From: an uncultured Spirochaetota bacterium
GTDB taxonomy: Bacteria; Spirochaetota; Spirochaetia; SZUA-6; Fen-1364
Direction of reading: 5' to 3'
Length of the DNA: 64,000 nt
Assembly: GCA_963745235.1 (NCBI GenBank)
Contig: CAVUXE010000011.1
Coordinates: 44,719 to 108,718 of the forward strand
A program made the translations under genes and the position numbers. This document shows, one piece after another, positions 53,934 to 60,984 of this stretch. The first letter of the stretch is position 1, and each line of letters begins with the position of its first letter. The notes below the pieces were generated by a model. The model searched no databases. It worked only from the letters and a program-made list of their open reading frames with translations, and was not told the DNA's origin.

Positions 53934-54421
53934 GAATACACGCCGTGCTCAATACGTAGGATGAGGTTCTCGACGAGTGTTTTGCCTGGGTCCGTGGATA
54001 CCGTCTCCTCTGGTGACAGTCCCCCGAGGGCTTTGTTCTTTCGTTTCCACCACGCGAGGGCCGCTTCGAAGTTTCCCCCGTACATCTCGCAGGCGCTCCA
54101 GAACACCCGCATTAGACGATAGGCTCTGTCGGATTCAAGGGCATCCAGCTTTCCTGTCCTTCTCCGTCTGTCGAGTGTACGAACGCTCATGTGAAGGGCT
54201 GCTGCAACCTGGCTACGATCCAGTGAAAACGCGTCCTGGATGTACTGCACTGTTTGGAAAGGTAGCCCCTTCTTTATCCTTTCGGTAATTTCCCTTGCAT
54301 TGCGAGGTCCTACCCCCAGGATTGCCCAATACTTCTCAGAGTCCTGGCAAGCATTCGCAGTGACGTACCCTTCGTGCCGGGGACTCTCTCGCTTTCTCGC
54401 CTGTGTCTTTGTACCTGCCAT
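53930..54421 (-). CDS. Xre/MbcA/ParS antitoxin
   Basis: IKKGLP, SVRTLDRR, ESDR..RL, NKALGG..P and RIEHGVYS; 4-nt overlap with the toxin gene. Confidence 0.92.
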   Translation of the reverse strand: MAGTKTQARKRESPRHEGYVTANACQDSEKYWAILGVGPRNAREITERIKKGLPFQTVQYIQDAFSLDRSQVAAALHMSVRTLDRRRRTGKLDALESDRAYRLMRVFWSACEMYGGNFEAALAWWKRKNKALGGLSPEETVSTDPGKTLVENLILRIEHGVYS

Positions 54422-54457
54422 ATGGCATAGCATATATGCCATTTGACGTTTTGTCAA
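54416..54457 (-). promoter_or_regulatory. Xre-RES promoter with operator repeats
   Basis: TTGACA-17-TATGCT; palindrome TGCCATATGGCA (54416-54427) and variant TGCCATTTGACG (54437-54448). Confidence 0.7.
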
Positions 54458-54911
54458 GGCTTTGAGCTCTGACGATCAGGGAAGGCCCTCACCGCGGGAC
54501 CGCACGGGACACTTGAATGCCGATGTCTATTTGATGCTGCCGAATCGATTACCTCTGCAAGTTCAAAATCAGTCACATATCATCGTGTCAGCGAAGAATC
54601 GGATCATCTCTTTCCCCTCCCCTACCCAGCTTTGTTAGAGTTGTCTGTCTGCAGGCAAGCTTGCTAACAAGATAACCCTCGCCGAGGAGAGAGAGCACAC
54701 TGAGATTATATAACATTTGGCACCTTTTCTGATCATGGATAGGGTCGGAAGGCACGGTGAAAAGAACGACATGGTAATTGACCACAGCAATCTGAGACGG
54801 GCCCGTGAAAACCTCTGTATCGTCCGTCGCCCATTTACCCGCAAAGGCGTCAGCCATTCAAGTGAAACTATCACAAGCTACGCATTTGGAGTAATATTCA
54901 TGGAGAGGCGA

Positions 54912-55148
54912 ATGACTATGCATGAGAGAATCTCGATAAACCCCGACGTTTGCGATGGTCAAGCGTGCATCAAGGGGAAGCGAATCCCTGTACATCTCAT
55001 CGTGAAGATGCTGGCAAACGGGGACACGATCGAAGATCTCTTGCACGCCTACCCCACCATCACGCGCGAAGACATACTCGCCTGCCTTGCCTACGCGGGA
55101 GAGCTTGCAGAGGAAGAAATAACGCCGGCCGAAGCATTCACGCAGTAG
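54912..55148 (+). CDS. DUF433 antitoxin
   Basis: RISINPDVCDGQACIKGKRIPV...YPTITREDILACLAY. Confidence 0.9.
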   Translation: MTMHERISINPDVCDGQACIKGKRIPVHLIVKMLANGDTIEDLLHAYPTITREDILACLAYAGELAEEEITPAEAFTQ

Positions 55149-55154
55149 ATCCGC

Positions 55155-55529
55155 GTGCAGATCCTCGTCGACGAAAACATTCCCCGCCAGACCGTCGTGA
55201 GGTTGCGCGAACTCGGTCATGATGTGTTGGACATCCGCGGTACTCCACAAGAAGGCATGAAGGATGAGCTACTGTGGGAGCTTGCGCAGAAGGAAAAGCG
55301 GCTGCTCATTTCCACAGACAGACGGTTTCTGAGGTACTGGAATGTCTCTCACAACGGAGCGCTCGTCGTCCTGCTGTCGCAAGCAAAGCTCCAGACGATC
55401 CATGCAAAGATCATGCAGACCCTGGATCAATTCACTCCAGAGGAGTGGCGGGAGCTTCTGGTTGTCGTACGAGATACGTTTCAGAGCATCCGAAGGCCTC
55501 GAACACGCGATGAGAAGCCGGATGGATGA
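55155..55529 (+). CDS. DUF5615 PIN-like toxin
   Basis: ILVDENIP, LRELGHDV, D..LW..A..E.RLLISTDRRF. Confidence 0.9.
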   Translation: MQILVDENIPRQTVVRLRELGHDVLDIRGTPQEGMKDELLWELAQKEKRLLISTDRRFLRYWNVSHNGALVVLLSQAKLQTIHAKIMQTLDQFTPEEWRELLVVVRDTFQSIRRPRTRDEKPDG

Positions 55530-55746
55530 CCTCGCACCCTGATGAATATCTTGCCCATCTTGCCGATGGCCACGCGCTCTCCCCTCATGACCCCAGCGGC
55601 CACAAGCTCGAAGATGTCCTCCATGACCTGTTAGCGTCCTTCCTTGCAAGCCCGTTTTTCTGCGCAAGGTATCCGACCAGGGAAGTCCCGGTAAGCTTTT
55701 CCGGCACCTTCGGTAGCGCCTTCTTCACAACGGGTGTCTTTGCCAC
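55530..55746 (-). pseudogene. HU/IHF-family DNA-binding protein, frameshifted and truncated
   Basis: KLTGTSLVGYLAQKNGLARKDA joins QVMEDIFELVAAGVMRGERVAIGKMGKIFIRVR after a 1-nt deletion near 55630. Confidence 0.75.
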
Positions 55747-55825
55747 TACTTCTCGCCCCCTACCCTCAAGAAGCAAAGCGTGCTAAGCGAACAATCCCGC
55801 TCCCTGTCGTTCACCTTCCCCTTCA

Positions 55826-56723
55826 CTACAACCCCTCCCCGTTGAAAAGCTCGTCGTCAGTGAGAGAGTCCCGCACATAGAACCGCGCCGTAGTAGCTGT
55901 GGAAGCGGGGCCCAGCATCTCGGATACTCCTTTGAGGCGCCTGGTCTTCTGAAACAGGTCCGTGGCCCGTGAGTGCCGTAGATTGTGTGCTGTGATCCGC
56001 CGATTCAACACCCTTCGGGCTGCCCTGGCAATTTCCCGCGTCACGTATTGTCTTGAGAAGGGGCCACCATTGTGGCTCTCGAACAGGTACGCCCTCCCCT
56101 TCTTCCCATACTCTCCCTCGATCTCTTCAAACAAACTCACAGGGATTCTCACCCAACGCTCTTTGCGGCCCTTCCCATGGAAGCGCAGGAGTACACGGTC
56201 TCCATCGTCCTTGAGGTCCGTGAGCCTTACCTTGAGGCCCTCGGTAACCCGCGCAGCGGTCGCGTAGAGGAAGCGTGCGATAAGGCGCACCCGTAGGGGC
56301 AGCGCTGCAATCAGGCACGCGCGCTCCTCGGGTGAGATCACAGATCACCCTAATCTCGGGCGTGTTCGTCTTTGCCCCAGGGATAGAGTCCAGAGCAATT
56401 TTCAGCACGCCAAGCTCGCGGCTGCTCATGCCCTGGCGCTGAGCGGCTTGTAGAATGGCCGCCTTGCCACCGTAGAGGTCGCGGTTGAGCTTCGAGGCCG
56501 ATGCCCCCGCTTGGCGTGAACACTCGATGTAAGCGGCGAAGAGCTCAGCGGTTGGAGAGCGAGAATCCGCCCAGGCCAGAAAGGCGCGAACAGCGCGCCG
56601 GTAGGCGTCGGTTGAGAGTGACCCGCGGGCCCGGACTTTCAGCAACTCAGCGGCGGGGATGCCGGGAAGGCGTGCGATGAGATCTGATATGATGCCCGAA
56701 GTACCCTTGGGATTTGTTTCCAT
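55826..56723 (-). CDS. Tyrosine recombinase/integrase (frameshift near 56340)
   Basis: RVTE, GKGRKER, HNLRHS and LGP...TTARFY. The second His is replaced by Pro. Confidence 0.85.
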
Positions 56724-57249
56724 AAGAAAAACTTCGGTACGACATCGGGCCTCCTGAAGACATCGCTGAACAGGTGCAACAGGTCAATAGCCGCATCTCC
56801 TCTGCAATGCCTTCAGCTTCCGGATTGCGGGAATCTCTCCGCTTTGGTTTCTACTTGGATCCCTTCTAATGCGCTATTTTAGCCCTCTCCGGACCCCTCC
56901 ATAAAGCCATGAAAGGCACAATGTGCGCGATCTGGCGCTTCTGTTCGCGCGTGACGGGGCATGGCGAGACTTTCTGGAGGCTTGCCGCGTAGTTTATACT
57001 CCGTTTGAACGACCATCGAAAGCAGGGGGGGCTCTTATGGCGGAGTATCGGCGTTGTCCTTGGTGCGGTGTGGATGTCACACCGACGGCTCCCATGAAGA
57101 TAGCGTCAGGGGTTGGCTCAGTCCCCCAGAGCAGCCCGCCGGGCGTGTTCTGGGACAGAAATGGTGGCCAGCACACCGAAAAAGGCTGTCCCTCCATGAA
57201 GCGCCTCAAAACCTCAAGGTAACCCCGGGCTCCTTTCCGCTGAGAGATA

Positions 57250-57826
57250 GGGGTCACCTCACGAAACGGAAAAAAACGTAGGTTAACGTGTAATGTGTCA
57301 GGAAAAGATCTATGACCCCAGACGGGCGTGTGTCAATCAATCCAAAATGGACTCTATTTTGACGCTGTTACGCCGCATGTCTGACGACTGATTAGGGTAT
57401 AGCCCAACCATACGCTCTCACATCACGGGCTTGGCTGCCTAACGAGTATATTGCCAAGGACAGAAAACACCCGTTATCGTAGGGAGGTGGACGCTCAGAA
57501 AAAGGGAAACGCTAGTGAGATCGCACTGCTTGGACTTTCTAAACCTGCTGTCAGAGCACTCACTGCCGCCGGTTATGTGACTCTTGAAAAGCTTTCGAAA
57601 GTCACAGAGGCTGATCTTCTCAGACTACACGGAGTTGGCCCCAAGGCGATTCCGGTCATCCGCAAAGCGCTAGCTGCAAAGGGGTTGTCATTCATCAAAT
57701 GATACGCAAAAGATCCACCGGGTCGGCGCTGACAAAGGCGCTATGAAAGCTCTTTCTGCGAAAGTCACCGGGATCTGTTCTAACAGACCTTAGCGTACGA
57801 TTTTTTCCGTTTCGTGAGGTGACCCC
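57250..57826. mobile_element. Tn3-derived non-autonomous mini-element (577 bp)
   Basis: 38-bp IRs at 57250-57287 and 57789-57826, identical at 34/38 positions (GGGGTCACCTCACGAAACGGAAAAAA...). No transposase. No matching target duplication (AGATA vs AAGTA). Confidence 0.85.
57451..57702 (+). CDS. Small helix-hairpin-helix DNA-binding protein (RNAP alpha-CTD-like); start uncertain
   Basis: LSKPAVRALTAAGYVTLEKL...EADLLRLHGVGPKAI. Confidence 0.75.
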   Translation: MPRTENTRYRREVDAQKKGNASEIALLGLSKPAVRALTAAGYVTLEKLSKVTEADLLRLHGVGPKAIPVIRKALAAKGLSFIK

Positions 57827-58364
57827 AAGTAGCTCGTAGGCGTCATCGACAAACTCGGTCTACGCGAAATCCTCCGGTCATGCTTGGTTGGCAGCGATGG
57901 ACACTCCGATGACCCCGCGCAACGCATTTGCCCGAAAAAGGGTGGCGCGGTATGAGAAATGCGGGCTAGAGCGACCTGAGTCACATCTTTTCGTGACGAG
58001 TCTCACTGCACACTTCTTTCCAAAGCTGTATGGATATTCCGTTGATCGTCACCAAAATTGTTCAACGAATCATGACCTTCTCGGCACAGCTCTTACCTTG
58101 GTCTTTGTCGAGCCGCCAGCTTGCCTATCAAGAGGTGAGCCGAGTTCTCCCCAATCATCACATCGGGAGACCTCACGCGGAAGATCGACATCGACAGAGA
58201 GGGGGAGATCTAATGCGCGACAAACTGCACGAAACAACGCTTTCGTGCAGGAGAACGCCGAGCAAGCCGGGCACTTCCGGGGGCTTCAGCGCGATGGTGT
58301 CCTGGCCTCGCAGGAAACGTAAAGGAACGAATGTTTTACGCGCACATGTGCGAGGAGGACAGCA

Positions 58365-58652
58365 ATGGAACAGACTGGAAGGTTGATAAAGGAAAGGGCT
58401 CTTGAGCTTTTCGGGAGAGTATCTTTCGCAAAGACGTCCGTCGGTGATATCGCGGGAGCGTGTGGCCTCGGCAAAGGGAGCGTGTACCTCTACTTCAAGA
58501 GCAAAGAGGATATCCTGCTTGCCCTCATTGAGGACCGCATAGAAAGATTCAACGGCTCGATGTGCGCACTTTTCGAGGATGGTTCGAAGTCTATCGATGA
58601 AAAGATAGCCTGCTTCTTCGAATCCCTGGTGGACGAGTACTTTGCCGTCAAG
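58365..58652 (+). pseudogene. TetR-family regulator truncated by a Tn3 IR
   Basis: ALELF...TSVGDIAGACGLGKGSVYLYFKSKEDI; cut at 58653. Confidence 0.85.
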
Positions 58653-58690
58653 GGGGTCGCTTCAGAAAACGGATTATAAAGTACGCTAAG
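58653..58690 (+). repeat. Tn3-family (Tn21-like) 38-bp inverted repeat
   Basis: GGGGTCGCTTCAGAAAACGGATTATAAAGTACGCTAAG. Confidence 0.85.
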
Positions 58691-58784
58691 GTGCGCCGCA
58701 GGGGTCATCTGACAACCGCAGTGTCCCAGATTTTGCCGTATTCCTCTCGTGACGGGCCAATGCGGCCAAGCTGGCGGGCAATTT

Positions 58785-59400
58785 CGGTACGCAATGAAGA
58801 AGGCACAGAAAAGAAGTTCGTGCGAGCTCAGGCGGACATCAACGGCTACGTCGCGAGCCTGGGCAGTGAAGACGCGGTTGTGCTGGAGGCCTCTGCAGGA
58901 GCCCTGTTCTGGGCGGAGAAGATCCAGAGCCAGGGAGCCAGTTGCGTGGTGATAGACGCCTACCGCTTCCGCATCATCCGCGACTCCTGGCAGAAGACGG
59001 ACAAACGCGACGCGGCGAATCTGTCCCTGGCGTTGTGGATGGCCTCACAAAGCGGGGAGATGAAGCTACCAGAGATCTGGCAGCCAGGGCCGGTGGTGCG
59101 GGAGTTGAGAAGGTACTTTGGGCTCTACGAGCTGATGAACAAGCAGATCCGTCAGCTGAAGAACGAGATCCACGGAGTGCTGTTGGATAACGGAGTGAGG
59201 GATCATGCGCTGGGCAAGCGCCTTGCGGACAATCCCGTCAAGGCAGGCGAGCTTCTGAAGATGGTGGAACTCTCCGCGGCCAGTCGTGTATGCATCCTCA
59301 CCAGTTTGGCCCTTCTGGCAAGCCTTCAGGAGCAAAAAGAAAGTCTCAAGCGCGGGATCTACCAGGCAGGCAGGCCGCTGGAGGCCGAATTGAAGCTGCT
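58785..59400 (+). pseudogene. IS110-family transposase N-terminal half, interrupted by the Tn3 element
   Basis: VVLEAS, KTDKRDA, VRELR and LKNEIH. Lacks the first GID motif and is cut at 59401. Confidence 0.85.
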
Positions 59401-59642
59401 GGGGTGACTACACCAAACGTCAAAAATAGTACGCTTAGCTTTCTTTACGTAAGCGCTGTATGATTTCGGCGTCATCCGTCGCCCGGATCCCGCCCCCGCG
59501 GAAGCCTTTGGTTTTCTTTCGACTTGACGCCGGCAACCTTTTGCTATACTATCAAAACAAAATAGCTTGCCCCTCTTTGTCGGTCCTGTACTGCATCTTG
59601 TCGAACATCCAACCGATAGCAGAAGCCAAAGGAGGAAGTGTT

Positions 59643-60098
59643 ATGAAAACACGGCGGACAGTACTTCTGGCCACTGGGATTGCGATGTTGACCCTTGCTC
59701 AATCTGGAGGCTGGGCACAAGAGAAGTACGTACCAAAAGAAAATGAAGAACTATTCGGAAGATGGAAAGATGATAAGGCTGCCAACATGGAGACGGTGAT
59801 TGATTCCGTCGGCTTCAAGACGTACTACGGAAGTACTAACAACGTTGTTCTGAACGAGGCCACGCTGGAAATCGAGAAAAAGTGGACAGACGCACAAGGC
59901 AATATCTGGTACAAGGTACGCGGGCTCTTCGTAGGTCAATCTCCTTATGTTGGAACTAAATTCCAAGCACTATATGAGGTCCATAAATCAAATACAGCTC
60001 TGAAGTCCCAGGCGAATACTGTAAACCAGTATGATCCTAGCAGCTACCCAACAGAAAACGGTCCTAAGGCTACCAACGAGTACAGTTATCACCGGTGA
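59643..60098 (+). CDS. Secreted hypothetical protein (Tn3 passenger, 151 aa)
   Basis: GGAGG RBS, Sec signal ending GWA-Q, and an upstream extended -10 TGCTATACT at 59542-59550. Confidence 0.75.
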   Translation: MKTRRTVLLATGIAMLTLAQSGGWAQEKYVPKENEELFGRWKDDKAANMETVIDSVGFKTYYGSTNNVVLNEATLEIEKKWTDAQGNIWYKVRGLFVGQSPYVGTKFQALYEVHKSNTALKSQANTVNQYDPSSYPTENGPKATNEYSYHR

Positions 60099-60249
60099 GG
60101 CAGTGGCCAGACTGACCCACAGCCCGGTCCTTCCTTGAACATGGCAGCCACAACAACGGCAAGATAGTTTATGGAAAAATCGGCGACTTGAAGGCACGGT
60201 CCAACGCTACCCGACAAAACTAATTCGATCAGCGAGCCATCTTCTTGAG

Positions 60250-60397
60250 CTGGTGACGATAGTTCGGACACTTCGTCTCAGGCCGTGCGCAAACGAACGT
60301 TTCTGCAACGATCGTCAGATGGGGCTAAAGCCCAGTAAATTCGAGTTGCAAAAACGTATTGCAATGATAAAGTCTTTGGCGATACCTTTTCGCAACC
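60250..60397. promoter_or_regulatory. Putative res site and tnpR promoter
   Basis: Located upstream of tnpR; contains imperfect palindromes such as TTGCAAAAACGTATTGCAA. Confidence 0.5.
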
Positions 60398-60976
60398 ATG
60401 CTCATCGGCTACGCGCGCGTTTCGACCAACGAACAGGACACAACGGCGCAGGCCTCCGCTCTGAAGGCAGCGGGGTGCGAGCGAATCTTCCGGGAGAAGG
60501 CTACCGGGGGCCGTTGGAACCGGCCTGAGCTTCAACGACTGCTCGACCACCTCCGTAAAGGAGATGTTCTGGTCGTCTGGAAGCTGGACCGCTTGTCCCG
60601 ATCATTGCGAGACGTGCTCACGATCATGGAGCGGATTCAGGAGGCGAAAGCTGGTTTCCGCAGCCTCACAGAGGCAATCGACACCACAACACCAGCGGGT
60701 CGAATGATGATGCAGATGATCGGATCGTTCGCAGAATTTGAGCGAGCCATGTTGCGAGAGCGAACGAAGGTGGGCCTAGAATCTGCTCGCGACCAGGGCC
60801 GCATAGGGGGCCGCCGTCCCAAGTTGCTGCCTCAGCAGCAGACTGAAGTGGTGAAGATGGTCACACAAGGCAAGAAGACCGCAGCGGATGCTGCTCGACT
60901 CTTCAATGTTCATCCCGCGACGATCTCCCGGCTTCTAGCGCGAGCGGGCGGCGAAGCCGCCGTCAGCAAAAGGTAG
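60398..60976 (+). CDS. tnpR: Serine resolvase
   Basis: IGYARVST, KLDRLSRS, FAEFER and a C-terminal HTH. Confidence 0.95.
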   Translation: MLIGYARVSTNEQDTTAQASALKAAGCERIFREKATGGRWNRPELQRLLDHLRKGDVLVVWKLDRLSRSLRDVLTIMERIQEAKAGFRSLTEAIDTTTPAGRMMMQMIGSFAEFERAMLRERTKVGLESARDQGRIGGRRPKLLPQQQTEVVKMVTQGKKTAADAARLFNVHPATISRLLARAGGEAAVSKR

Positions 60977-60984
60977 GCTCTGCA

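Noticed and set aside
50730-54670. Integron cassette array (GTTATGC, GTTAGAC and GCTAAC-AGAAAG-GTTATGG boxes near TA genes)
   Set aside because: I could not fold any complete attC with paired R and L boxes, and the nearby recombinase is short with no visible IntI-specific insertion. An IntegronFinder run would settle it.
57037-57222. Small CPWCG-containing ORF as a zinc-ribbon gene
   Set aside because: It has a plausible RBS but only one CxxC pair and 61 aa; not supportable without homologs.
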